This document shows, in pieces, positions 1 to 13,160 of a stretch of 64,000 nucleotides of DNA (its first letter is position 1; every line of letters starts with the position of its first letter). Both the position numbers and the translations under genes were made by a program. The notes under the pieces are model-generated. The model made no database searches. It was not told where the DNA came from and worked only from the letters and a program-made list of their open reading frames with translations. This DNA is from Anolis carolinensis. Its lineage: Eukaryota. The stretch spans positions 74,766,024-74,830,023 of the forward strand of contig NC_085845.1 of assembly GCF_035594765.1 (NCBI RefSeq). Direction: 5' to 3'.

Positions 1-1061
1 GTTCCTTCCCCAAACAGCGTCTCTGTATGTGGTTCTGCAATCTAAAATTACCAATTAAGTCACACACCTGCTAAAAATAGACAACTGACCGGGAGTCAAC
101 TATTTTTGGTATCAGATAATTAGTGTTCTTCTTTCCTTTTTTATTTTGCTTTTTGTTTGAATATATTAAATACAATTTTCAAATCAGTCATGGGGCCTTT
201 GAGGAAACAATCCTCTCCTTGTAGTTTTCCTTGCTTTTTAAAAAAACAAACCTACCCTGTTTACAATAACTAGACTTTTCTAACTGTGTCTTTCACATGG
301 AGTGGCAGTTATTCATATTCTGTCCTTTCTTAAGATCCTCTGAGGTACGTGGTTTGTTATGCAATAAAGAATTAAATTGCCACATGTCACAAGGAAACCA
401 GGCGGTGCCTTAGATAAACTGGAATTTTGCTGGGTTACCGTTGTTGTCAGGCACGCTAGAACAGACTGAACTCACCCTTCTTTGGAGAGGACAATATATT
501 AGTTCAGAAGTTCCGTATAAGGAACCCACATAAGTGCCACATTTCCTGAGCATCTGTGTTTCATGATACCTCTAGGCCTCCTGGATTTCCTTGAGAAGGC
601 CTCTTGCTTCCTTCCTATAAAGGGCAAACCTAGAAAACTACCTATGTTTTGCAACATGGCAGAGGCCCTACACTGAAACGGGATGGTAGCTTCAGTTGAG
701 CCATATTTCAATTTGAGGCAAACAATGTGACATTCAAAATGCCCTAGAAAGTGGATGGTGCTGATCCGCAAGATAGAGTTTTCGGGGCTCATATTTATTA
801 CCCCAGTTATCTGAACACATTGGTTTTATGCCATCTGATAATGCATTCGGGCATCAGTTAATATGGCTTGGACCACAGTCCTCCACTTTACTGAAAGACT
901 GAAGATACTGCTGAAATAATATATTTTTATGGAATCATCTCCATCAAAATCATTCATGTGTTTGTGCAACTGGGACATGGTGGCCAGGCAAAAGATGCTG
1001 ACCAAGACTTAGACAGAAGCTTGGAGAGGTCACAGCAATTTGTTTTTGCCTAAATCTACTA

Positions 1062-1395
1062 AAAAAGGTAAAGGTTTCCCCTGACGTTAAGTTCAGTCAT
1101 GTCTGACTCTGGGAGTTGGTGCTCATCTCCATTTCTAAGCCAAAGAGCCAGCGTTGTCCGTAGACACCTCCAAGGTCATGTGGCCGGCATGACTGCATGG
1201 AGCGCCGTTACCTTCCTGCCGGAGTGGTACCTATTGATCTACTCACATTGGCATGTTTTCGAACTGCTAGGTTGGCAAAAGCTGGAGTAACAGTAACAGT
1301 GGGTGCTCACTCCACTCCTGGGATTTGAACCTGGGACCTTTTGGTCTGCAAGTTCAGCAGCTCAGTGCTTTAACACACTTCGCCACCGGGGCTCC
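1062..1395 (-). mobile_element. Sauria SINE, full length
   Basis: tRNA-like head, ACCTTT-repeat tail (plus aaaggtaaagg), flanking ctaaaYctacta duplication. Confidence 0.9.
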
Positions 1396-2010
1396 ATCTA
1401 AACCTACTAGAAAGAGCAAAATCCCACCTCTTTCTCACTACTGAGTTAATGGAGCCCAAAACATTTTTGTACTTTGAATGAAGTTTGCAGTAACTGAAAA
1501 AAGATGAGGATAAAATGGGGAAAGAAGCCAAAGGAAAGACTATCTGGGAAATTTTAAAAGCAGCTAAAAAGTGGGATAATAAAGAATTAAGCAGTACAGT
1601 CCCTGACAAATTGGGACAGGGCATATGATATTCTAAAGACTGGGCTGTGGGTAAAATAGAAATGAGAACTGTGCAGGCCTCTAGATATGAGAATGCAGCT
1701 CCCATTTGCTTCACCTCGTGGTGAAGATATTGGAAGTTGCAGTACAACACTCTGAAGAGTTGCCCGCTTATAGATAGATACCTGCCCTTTTCTGATTTTG
1801 TTTTTTTCTTTGCAGTTTCTGGTAGTCTGTGCAGCCTTTGTTGCACCTTTAGAAACACAAAATTGATCTCTGGACCTATCATAGTTGCTTAATCGGGTCT
1901 AAAGAATAGACAACCTCTGGCCCAACCTTTGGCCCACAGGAATACTTTTGTGCCCCTTCAATCCCCAGCTAATCACCCAGACCCATGACTACTGGCCATG
2001 AATCCTGTAA

Positions 2011-2228
2011 TGTGCTTTCAAGTAATTTTCAACTTATGGCAACCCTAAGGTGAAGCTATCGCAGGGTTTTCTTAACAAGGTTTGTCAAGAGGAAGCTTGC
2101 TCTTCTCTTCCTCTGAATCTGAGAGAGGGTGTCTTGCCCAAGGTCGCCCAGTGAGTTTCTATGACTGCGCAGGGTTTTGAACCTTCATCTCCCAGAGTCC
2201 CAGTCCAACATACACACCACAATGCCAT
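2011..2228 (-). mobile_element. MIR/CORE-like tRNA SINE (Squam3-like)
   Basis: gtcttgcccaaggtcgcccagtg core and B-box-like ttgaacc; related copies near 5970, 7535, 7750, 14830, 38700, 54820. Confidence 0.65.
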
Positions 2229-4229
2229 GTTATCATAGATCTGAAGAGCTAATGGCAGGCATAAGAAATTACTTCTAGTTTTGTCTTTGGCTATTCTGTA
2301 ACTGATATTTGTGTCATTTTTCACCCTTGATATAAAGGAACCTTCCTTACACCCACCCATGATTTCCCAAAAACAACAACATCAACAATATATTTTTGAA
2401 GATGAGAGGATTCCTCACCATATCACCTACAAACTGGAATATTTTCATCACTAACTCCTATGATCTTGTCACATTTATGAGGTAGCACAGGGTGATTTAC
2501 CAGCCCCCGTGGTGAATCGGCATGGCAGCAGGGCAATCCTGGCACCCTACCTCAACCATAGTGATGCTTCCCCATCACATGTGGGATAGCGTCACTGCGC
2601 AGCTCCTCCCCACACTAGCTCCGTTGTTTCCAGTGGAACATGGGAAGCCTGCCATATTCTGGACACAGAGTCGTAGGATGCTTGTGCCCAAGTTGATTGA
2701 TGGAGTCTTGCCAAAAGTGAGTGAGCATCCTGTGATGAGCGGCGTGGGGCTCCATGCATTAACTGGGATACAAGCGTCCTACAATGGCTGCGAAGACACA
2801 TATGATTAAATCCTTAGTGTAAAATAGGAACAACCATGACCTACTATGCAACAAAGCTAGACCATAATCTACTGAACAAAGGAGAAAAGACTTAATTGTT
2901 TTTATGGTCATGCCTATAGAGTAGATATATGTTGAAGAACAGGAGCATTGTATCAAACCCCATCCCACAACCCAGCTCTCCCCTGGTCACTGATGCATAC
3001 AAATTGCCTTTGGGAATGATGTTCTTTATCATGTATACAGGGCCTTCCATGTGCACACAGAGGTTGTACAAAGACTTTATGGGTGAATGAGTACAGGACT
3101 CACCAAAGACCTTTTGTTGCCTGATGCCAAGCAGCACGTGGGGTGCCTTCCCCGCAAGCCATTGTATGAAGCTCACATGAGACGGAATATTCCATACCTT
3201 TTCTCCACATCCATGGCAGTAAAAATAAAACAACTTACAGTTTTCTGCTCTTTCTTGATTCCCCAGATCTGCTCCTTGATAAAGTTTTCTTAGCTTATTT
3301 AAGAGCAGAGACATCACCAGGTTAGCAAATGGTCAGAGAGTTGGGTTTGTCATCACATTCCTAGTCTGCTGTTCTAAATACATTCATTGTGTGAACAGTG
3401 CCAGAGGACTGTTTCTACTTTATCTTGAACCAATGTCATGAATGGGTCACAGAGTGAAATGTAATCTTTTTTCAAAGCATCAAAATAAATATTGTTCAAA
3501 TATGAATTCCAGCTGGTTTATGGGCACAGGCTAATTTGTGGATGCTGTTTCTTCAAGTTCAGAATTTGTGCTGGATTGCACAAGACTTTTGCTGGGAGAA
3601 TAAGTCCTGATGGAAGTCACATGATGCAAAGTCCCTTGGTATGCTTGCTTAAGTTCTTGCTTTGTAAGACCCCTTTTTGTTAAGGAAGGTCCACTTCGGA
3701 TTCACAGACAAAACACTGTAAGGGGGGATCTTTCAATATTTGTTTCCCAAAACAACCAAGGTTCTTAATTCATTACAAAGCCATTTGTGTCTTGCATGAA
3801 ACACTTCAAAGTCACGCGGCATGTCAAAGCCTCTTTGCCTTTGAAGTCTTTGAAGTCTTCAAAACAGCCACTCTCTCAGATGAGGAAATGGGTGACTGGA
3901 AGCAATACACTTTAACTCCAGGAACAGTCAGGCAGATTGTTGTTTTCATTACCATGTTTTAAATGAGAAGCCTTAGCTTTCCCATGAAGGGAAGTGGAGC
4001 TGATGAGAAGAAGATGGGACAGGCTGGTGGAATCCATAACCTAGGTGGAGATGACTTCATCTAAATCAGAAAAGAGGACTCCACCCATTTTCTGGACAGT
4101 AATAGAGAATCTGGAGGGCTTTATGTCTCCACTCCTGGGTTCAGAGATTGAATTATCATCTATGATACATTCCCCAGACCAGCATAAACAATGCTTGTGG
4201 AAGGCCAAACCAATTCAATTCCTATAGAC

Positions 4230-4351
4230 CAGTGGTTCTCAACCTGTGGGTCCCCAGATGTTTTGGCCTTCAACTCTCAGAAATCCTAACTGGCTGGGAT
4301 TTTTGGGAGCTGTAGGCCAAAACACCTGGGGGCACAGGTTGAGAACCACTG
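4230..4351. mobile_element. hAT-like palindromic MITE
   Basis: TIR cagtggttctcaacct; 8-bp TSD ctatagac/ctatcgac. Confidence 0.9.
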
Positions 4352-4518
4352 CTATCGACAGATCTTTAGATGTAGATTCTCAGCTGAGGCTGATCAGGTA
4401 TTCCAGTGAAATGAATGAAGACTACAGATCAACCACATAAACAACCAAGGCATGCTGTATACAGTAACATTTTTTACCATAGCATGCAACTGTCTCAATT
4501 TGACAGGGACAGTTCTGA

Positions 4519-4754
4519 CTTATTTATTTATTTATTTATTTACAGCATTTATATTCCGCCCTTCTCACCCCGAAGGGGACTCAGGGCGGATCACATTACA
4601 CATATAGGCAAACATTCAATGCCTTTTAACATAGAACAAAGACAAACAAACATAGGCTCCGAGGGGCCTCGAACTCATGACCTCCTGGTCAGAGTGATTC
4701 ATTGCAGTTAATTGCAGCTGGCTTGCTCTCCCGCCTGCGCCACAGCCCGGGCCC
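4519..4754 (-). mobile_element. tRNA-derived SINE with L2-type 3' tail
   Basis: A-box tggcgcaggcgg and B-box gagttcgagg on minus; L2 tail stem gagtccccttcgggg and (TAAA)n end. Confidence 0.75.
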
Positions 4755-5969
4755 TAATACTGTCCTGTCTCCCCATTTGAGCTGATTTTAAAATGTCTTG
4801 GTCTTCTCTTACTTCCATTCCCTTTGTCCTCAGGATATTCCAATTTTTCACATATAAATTAGTTTGCACCCAGTTAAGGAAAGGTGAGGATGGAATCCTT
4901 CCTTCCCTGAAGACTGGGGCAAAAGTAAACTGATGTGGCTCACATGTTCTTCCTCATTAATAACCTTTGCCATCTTGACCACAAGCTAATGTGATTTGGC
5001 CATGTGTTTACCAGTTTTCCTCTTCAAAATGTTGGGGGACATATTTTCTATTTCAGACGAAACACTTCATGTTTAATATAATTAACCCAGAATAAGAAAA
5101 CTCAGGAGAGAGGGAAGTGTGAGTTTGTCTATCAAAGCAGAATGTGCAAGAGATGGGGAGATACCACGATTTTTCATTCAAGAAGGCTTAAATCCAGTTG
5201 TTTACTTAATTGAAAAAACAATAATTTGGTACATCAAAATTTATGTGCATGCCGTTGATTTAATGATTCCATTTTAGATGGAACTAAGAATTGAATTTAA
5301 GCCTAGAACACATAGTTAAACGAATTTGATGTACAATATTCATAAATGTTTGCAGCTGTATTAATCCATTTGATTTGTAAAAATCAAAAGAATAACAGAA
5401 TAATTTCTTTATCAGGACCAGAGACAAAAATACAAAATAGACAGCAAACTTTGTTGACCTCTCCTTCAAGATGCTGTTACAGCAAAAAAGAAAAGAAAAA
5501 AAATGATGTGTTTTGTAGAACAGTCTTTGTGTGAATTTTAATTTTGGAAATATAGAAAATTCCATGCTAAAAAAGAAAGTTTTTTTCAAGACTGATGAGA
5601 CTGAATTGATTGTAGGACTCATAAGATTGTATGTCTTTGGCGGGGAGCCATGTTACAAGTTTGTCCTCTCCACCCAAATGCTTCTGCCTTTGTCTTGTCC
5701 TAGTTAATGTCTTTATATACTCAGTTAAACATTCCATTTTGTACAGGTTTTATTTCTTCAGTATCACTGTCACATCTTCTTAGTTGACATTGACTATTAT
5801 CTCCTACAATTTCTTTAGAAAGAGGTCTTCTCCCTCAAGCTGAAAATTCCAGAGATGGATAGCTATGTGAAATGCTGAAAAGAGGTTCCAAACATCGTTA
5901 ATTGCTAGGATTTTCCCCATGACTTGAAATTAGTCTTCCGTGTCCTTTAATTTGTGCCTTGTCTGCTTT

Positions 5970-6152
5970 GTTGTTTGTTGTTGTGTGCCTTTAAGTCATT
6001 TCTGACTTAGGGCAACCCTATCACAGAGTTTTCTGGAGCTGACAGTGTCAGTTGACTAAGGTCACCCAGTGGGCTTTCACGGCCAAGCAGGCAATCGAAC
6101 GTGGTCTTCAGAACCATAGTCTAATGCACAAACACTCCACCATTTTGGCTCT
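5970..6152 (-). mobile_element. MIR/CORE-like SINE
   Basis: Same family as 2011-2228, with (CAA)n-type tail. Confidence 0.65.
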
Positions 6153-7960
6153 CCCTTGTCGTGCTACCTCACACAAATGTTGTTGCAGATTTGAACTGTT
6201 TCATCACCAAGAAAGCACCTGTTGAATCTTTGCCAGACGTCCTTTTGTTACAAAAGCAATATATATTTCTGAATCCTGCCAGCTATGGTAGTTTCAGTAG
6301 CTGAAACACACAATTATATCCCCTAAATTCAGTGAGTTTATTCTAGTTGGTACTAAGGACCTCATCACAAAGGGGTAAGGATTTGTCACACATTGTGGTG
6401 AATCCATAGGGTTCCAGCCTGGGGGGCGTGGGGGGGGGGCGTGGAGAACCTGATGCTCCACGGCCAGCATTGCCTGACTTACCTGGGCCTCCATCGCAAG
6501 GGGCGAAGTGTCACCACCTGGTTTCCCTCCATTGATTCAATGGCAATACAGGAAGCCTCATGTGTTGCCGTTGTGGCAGTGTACACTGCTTTCTCTCTCA
6601 TTTCAGCATGGAGCCTGGCTAGAAGTACACATGCAATTTGTAATGGGCTCTGTATCGAAAGTGGCACAAATTAACCAGAAATAAAATCTAGGAGATAAAA
6701 GGTTACCCTGCCTTTTAGAAGCAATGAAAACCATCTGCAATGTAGGGGGATTGTTGGTGCACTCTGCCAGCATCAGCATGAGAGTGACAGGAAGAAGAAG
6801 AACACATGAGCATTGGTCATAAAGGAAGTAAACAGCAAAGAAATAGGCTGCTCATGGCTAACAAATATGGCCTGGCCTCCCTAGCCACTTGCTGCGTGAC
6901 TCTGGAAAAATATGCAGCTGCACTAGCAACCAATAGGATTCTGGCCAATGTACCCAGAGGCATATACACATAAATAAAATACACATTTTTTTAATATAAC
7001 ACAAAAAGGCACTCTATAGTCAAAGGAAAATAATAACTGGGGCATGGTGGAGCTGCTTTAATTTGTTAAAATTATTATTAAATCAAAGAGGTCTTCATGT
7101 ATAAACCTTTGTTAGCATGTTATGTGATGTGTTTAAAGTCTTTTCAAACAGACTGACATTCAGTGTGATATTGCTTAATGAGTATTTATCCCAGCAAACA
7201 AAATTTTGAGACACATTGCTCAATGAATGAAACTCTTTATCTTGGTCAAGGAGCATGACATCTTGGTCAAGGAGCATGATTCAGCTTCAAGACTTTTAAC
7301 CTAAGTGGCTGGAGGGAGATTTTGAGTCTCTGCATATATAATACTCTTGTACTCCATCAAAGGTAGCATTCATGTGCGAGATGAGATGCTCCAAGAAGTA
7401 TTATCATGAGCATGCAAAAAACTTTCTTTAAATGAGACCCATTTCTCATTTAATGGGTAGCCGAGCTCTTCTTTGCCATAAGGCTTCCCGTGTCCTTGTT
7501 TCTTTACCAGGATATAGTGAAAAGAGTAACAGAGAACCAGCATGGTGTTGTGGTTTGAGCATAGGACTAGGGCTCAAACCAGTGTTAAAATCCTGCTTAG
7601 CCATAGAAGATCTTGGGGAAATCACACTATTTCAGCCTCAGAGAAAGGTGAAGGTGAAACAGTAATCTAATGAACAGTGGAAACCCTCATCTCAATGTGC
7701 TCATTCTCAAATGATTCAATTATAAGAAAATCCATTGCGATTGTTCTTCAAGTCATGTGTGCATTCAAGTAATTTCTGATTTATGTTGACCCTAAGACAA
7801 ACCTATCATGCTATTGCCTCCCTCTGAGGCAATGAGAGTGGGACTTATCCAAGGACACACAAAGTCATAATCCAACATTTATATCACTATACTGGCTTGC
7901 AAAGCCCACTTATCATCCAGAAAAGAGAACCTTCCTCAATACCATTGCAGGAACCACTCC

Positions 7961-8900
7961 CCCCCTTGACTGATTGTCACCTTGTCATGGTGAGGGGGCT
8001 TGCATGTTCCAATGAACCTGTGGGCGTAACCACTGGAGTCATGCACTCCCAGAAGGGGCTGCGGGGGAGGTTCCAGATCAAGCGCAATCCGAAGACCTGA
8101 AGACTAATGATGTGTGAAAGGCTAATTGAGACATATACCATTTCCCCGTCTCAAATTCCTCTCCTTCCAAAGATCTGGCAATCTGTCCAGTCTCACAGAA
8201 AGAATAAACTCTCAACAGTCAGATGTCAGCCGAAACCAGATGTTCAAGGCTTTATTGATATAATTTACAACTATGTACAGATGCGCAGCTAACACACATG
8301 TCTCTTCTACAGCAGAATTAATGGCGACTAGCAAGGAACCTTATCAGTAAATTTAGCACCTCCCAAATTCCATTCTCAGTGACTTATGTCCGCTATGTCA
8401 GCAAACGGAAGCTGCATTCCTGTCACTCTATGCAGTAAATCATACCCTATGCAATTAACCATTCCTGTGCTGGAATGCTTACCGAAGCACACATATATTC
8501 ACTTTAACAATGAGTGAACATTTCACCCACTACAATAACAATTTCTCTGACAAAGACCTCAATGGCAGATTAGGCAGAGGATAACATGGTACCTGTTACA
8601 ACGGCTGTGAAGGCAAAAGGCTGCAACAGACTGGGGAGCCACCATCATTGTGTCAACCACGCCACTGCTTGGGACCCCACTCTGTGAAGACTGTGTGTTG
8701 ATTGGCTGTGCACTGACCTCCACACATTAAAAGAACTCATGCACAGGCGTCTTCCAAGTAACATAAAAACAAACCAACAAAAGTCCCATGGCAATCAGCG
8801 AGTGGCGACGGGGGCAGGACTGTGAAATCTGGAGGCCCCTAGTCACAGACTGGCACATGGGCAGTGGATATAGACTCAGTAACTCTATCTCAAGGTCTTG
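7961..8900 (+). mobile_element. RTE-clade LINE 5' UTR fragment, interrupted by a solo LTR
   Basis: caccttgtcatggtgagggggcttgc 5' motif; colinear with 33925-33590 once 8105-8552 is removed. Confidence 0.8.
8105..8552 (-). mobile_element. Solo LTR (448 bp)
   Basis: 5-bp TSD aagac (8100-8104, 8553-8557); minus strand starts TGTCA; AATAAA on minus near 8251-8256; other end degenerate (TA instead of CA). Confidence 0.75.
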
Positions 8901-10820
8901 AAGGAATCAAGAAAGAAGAAATACCACCAGTACTGTAGTGGAGTTAGAACCTGCAAGGATGAAGTATCGGGATCTGCTGACTTACAATTTGTTAACTACT
9001 GGCTCTTCTGTAGCCCCAGTAGAGGGAAAATAGTTTTTCCAGCAATAGCAAATTGTTATAAGCTATATTTTATGTGGGGTGGCTTCAACAATTAAGATCC
9101 ATTAGCATCCCAAATGCCTGCTACTGAAGTTGAAAGATGCTAGACCTGATGTGCTGCTATGGATCAAAACAGCTTCCTCCATTTTTGGATTGTCCTTGGC
9201 ATTTTGATCATGACAAGCATCTGCACTTCAAAATTGACCAGGACGCTACCAGACACAAAGGTGACGTCTCTCACAAGCTTTCATGCCCAAGTACTGATGC
9301 ATTCATTTCATGCGGATAAAATGAACGCTTGGACAGAAAGAGGGTTTATTATCACCCTTGAGCATTAGGAGACAAGAGAGTTTGCCAGACTGTAAGCATC
9401 CTTCTTAGATGAAGATAACCTCAGATTGGTTTGGTCAACATTATTGAACCCTCCAAAAATATCCACACTGAGATGAAGCTGTTACTATTATTATTTTTGT
9501 GTGTGCAAGAGATGAGTTGTGGGATTATGATAAATATAAGAAGAGAGGAAGGTGCTTCATACTCCTGGGTGAGGTCATTGGTCCAACTAGTGCTAGCTAT
9601 CTCTTTACTCTTTGACATACATCAGCTGTGTATGATCCTTTTCTCCTGAGTTAAGCAGTAATATCAGGAAGATGTTTCTGATGGATTTATCATATTTAAG
9701 CCTCTTATATCCTCCCCATGCAATTAAAATTGAATCCCAGACCAGACAAGTAAAATGGCATATTCAGCGCGCTCTGTTGATACAGTGTCACTACACATTT
9801 GTGGTGCCATTTTCTAAAGTGTCATTGGCATTTTGTGAATGGGTCCTAGACAAATCACCCTGCACAATAAATGAAAAGATGGGATGCAGTTGTGAGTCAG
9901 TGACTCTGCTTTGGATTTTAGAGTGAATTTTAAGGAACTCATGCAAGGTGCTGAAGGACAGCTCCTAACATAACCTTTTAAATGTTCAAACTACAACCCA
10001 TAGTACATTCATTGCCCAACTGATATCGAAGCCATTGGATGCAAGTGGATGCCCATGATGTTCTGAGTCAATTCCACACTTCCAACTTGATATATCTACA
10101 CCATACTCTTGGTACTGTAGTCTAATGAGAAGGTTCAGCTCAAGATCTTTACCAAACTTGAGGTAGAGGACATAACAGAAGGAGAACTCATGATAACAAA
10201 AGTGAATTCAGTTGTGAGTTGCCTTGATTCCCATGGCAGGAGAAAGATATAAATACAAGAAATAATAAAGAAATAAAGCAGTTGGGTGCAGAGAGCTAAA
10301 TGATGCCAGCTGTACAATATGGTGGAGTTGGATGTTGCTGTTCCCTGTTTTAGCAAGTTGTTGAGCACATTACTCTGGAAGCCTTTTGCTGGCAATCCCA
10401 GAAGCAACTATGGAGCTGCTCTCATAATAAAAAATGGCCACAAAACAGAGGGCTGTGTATGGAGATTTGTCCAGGTATGCTATTTCTCTCACCCTATTTT
10501 TTGGCTATAGGCCTCATCAGGCAGGGCAATTTTGGCATCCTAGGACGCTTCCACCCCTAGGACGCTTGGGGATGGAGCCTCATGCCGGTGATCACGCAAT
10601 GTCATGTGACTTCCTGCGGAGGCCTTGTCCCCAACCGGGTTGGAAGCATTCTTGGATGCTTCTCTCCCAACATGAATGTCTGCCCATGTTGTGCTGGCTA
10701 CAATGGAGCCAGCACGGGTCCTCGCTAGAAGGGTGACACTTTCCACATGTGATGGGGAAAGTGTTGCTGCAAGGGAATGGACGCTTCACCCCAGCCTTTG
10801 TGATGAGGTTATATATCTCA

Positions 10821-11115
10821 TTTTTTCCATATCAGGAGTGATTTGAGAAACTGCAAGTCATTTCTGGTGTGAGAGAATTGGCCATGTGCAAGGACGTTGC
10901 CCAGAAGACACCTGGATAGGTTTTAAAAATGCTTTTACCATCCTTGTGGGAGGCTTCTCTCATGTCCCTGCATGGAGCTGGAACTGATGGAGGGAGCTCA
11001 TCTGTTCTCTCCCTGGGTTGGATTCAGGTTGGCAACCTTCAGGTCAGCAACCCAATCTCCAAGTCATCAGTCCTGTCGGCACAAGGGTTTAACCCACTGC
11101 TCTATCGGGAGCTCC
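10821..11115 (-). mobile_element. tRNA-headed SINE with Vingi-like body and tail (ACASINE2-like)
   Basis: Sauria-like head, cccctgggcaacgtc-type body; TSD tatatatctca/tacatatctca. Confidence 0.8.
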
Positions 11116-11146
11116 TACATATCTCATGGAACATGAAAGCCAAGAA

Positions 11147-11477
11147 CAGGTTGAGCCTCATATGGCATTGTAAAATACTCCGACATCCAAAATTGTCCAC
11201 ATGGGTAGATGAGATAGTGGCAACTTTGCTTTCTGATAGTTCAGTGTACACAAATGTTGTTTCANNNNNNNNNNNNNNNNNNNNNNNNNNNNNNNNNNNN
11301 NNNNNNNNNNNNNNNNNNNNNNNNNNNNNNNNNNNNNNNNNNNNNNNNNNNNNNNNNNNNNNNNNNNNNNNNNNNNNNNNNNNNNNNNNNNNNAGATATT
11401 TCAAAAACTGAAAAAAAAAATCTCAAATCCAAAATACTTCTGCCTCCAAGTACTTGAGTCAAGAGATACTCAACCAG
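11147..11477. mobile_element. MER46/Tigger4-like non-autonomous DNA transposon spanning a gap
   Basis: caggttgag...ctcaaccag termini; similar to 24718/26732 element. Confidence 0.65.
11265..11393. other. Assembly gap (129 N)
   Basis: N run. Confidence 1.
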
Positions 11478-12206
11478 TATTGTTACACGTCTAGTCTGAG
11501 TGCAGTCACATTTTGGAGCTGGGTTATCATACATGCCAGAAACAATGCTTTTACAGAAACATGTCCTCCCCTCTCCACAGAATACATATTAATAATGTAT
11601 AACCATAATTTGAAGATAATGCAATAACTGCTTGCTTGATTATGTAGCCAAAAGAATCATTTCTGAGATGTTTGATTTCTGCATGGTGACTGCATTTTGT
11701 ATAATTCGGTGTGTATGAAAGGTTGGACTGGGGGTGGGGAGGGGAAACAGATGCTCATCTATTTGTCACGGTCCAGAAAGCAGCGCTAAATTGAACTAGA
11801 ATTACTTTAAACCTTTCCAAGCACCTTATTTTACTTCAAAAATAATCACAGTGTAAATGGTTTTATATTACTTGGTGAAAATCTATGTAAGATTCATGGA
11901 TGAAGAGAACAATTTCCTCTGCTTCATAATCAAAGAGTAATGCTCTCCCTCTCAAAAAAGTAAGGGATAAAGTGGTTTTTTAAAAAAAAAATCCTAACTT
12001 TTCTTCTTTGGTTCATTTTTATGTTTGCATTCGCTATGTACAGAATTTCATTCTCTCGCTGTGGAGACAGTGCCAATAAATCTACTGCTAATTTTGAACT
12101 AATTATAAATGTTCCAATTTTAATCTCTTCCTTCCTTTCTTCCCTCTCCTCCCCCTTTCTCTCCCTCCCTTCCTATGTCTCCCCTCTTCTTTCCCTCTCC
12201 CTCTCC

Positions 12207-12887
12207 TAGAATCATAGAATATAGAGTTGAAAGAGACCTCATGGGCCATCCAGTCCTACCCCATCGAGAAGCAGGAAATCGCATTCAAAGCACCCCTGAA
12301 AGATGGCCATCCATCCTCTGCTTAAAAGCTTCCAAAGAAGGAGCCTCCACCACGGGGCAGAGAGTTCCACTGCTGAACAGCTCTCACAGTGAGGAAGTTC
12401 TTCCTAATGTTCAGGTGGAATCTCCTTTCCTGTAGTTTAAAGCCAGTGTTACACCTCCCAGTCTCCAGGGCAGCAGCAAACAAGCTTGCTCCCTCCTCCC
12501 TATGACTTCCCCTCATATATGTATACATGGCTATCATGACTCCTCTCAGCCTTCTCTTCTGAAGGCCAAACACACCCAGCTCTTTCAGCCGCTCCTCATA
12601 GGGCTTGTTATCCAGGCCCTTGATCATTTTAGTGGCCCTCATCTGGACACCTTCCAGCTTGTCAACATCTCCTTTCAATTGCAGTGCCCAGAATTGGACT
12701 CAATATTCCAGGTGTGGTCTGACAAAGGTGGAATATAGGGGTAGCATGACTTCCCTGGATCTAGATACTAGACTCCTATTTATGCAGGCCAAAATCCCAT
12801 TGGCTTTTCTAGCTGTCACATCACATTGTTGGCTCATGTTTAACTTGTTGTCCATGAGGACTCCAAAATCCTTTTCATACGTACTGC
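12207..12887 (-). mobile_element. CR1 LINE 3' fragment
   Basis: ORF 12322..12678 ([24 protein letters not shown]) and attctatg-type tail. Confidence 0.92.
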
Positions 12888-13160
12888 GGTCAGGTGTGTT
12901 TACTCAGAAACAAGATCAAAGGATATTGGAAATGGTCTTTTCTGCTGAATTTTAGGACCTCATTGTACTGATCCCCTCACACACTATTTTGTTCCATTTT
13001 GCTAGCAATCACCAATAAAACTGAAGGCGTGTGGGGCATCATATAGGGACATTGGAGCAAGGCACATTGGTACCCTGTCCCTTCCCCCATCAGGCAGGAC
13101 AAAGAGTGACAATGTGTATTGCCACATTGCTGTTTCCCCCCATTAGTTGGGGGAAAGGCC

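Noticed and set aside
1300-1395. tRNA gene (and a 5S rRNA gene at 18562)
   Set aside because: Degenerate SINE heads, not intact RNA genes.
7239-7280. 21-bp tandem duplication
   Set aside because: Simple slippage duplication with no sign of function.
10929-11534. Long ORFs crossing the first gap (likewise 25810-26268)
   Set aside because: Artefacts of N runs.
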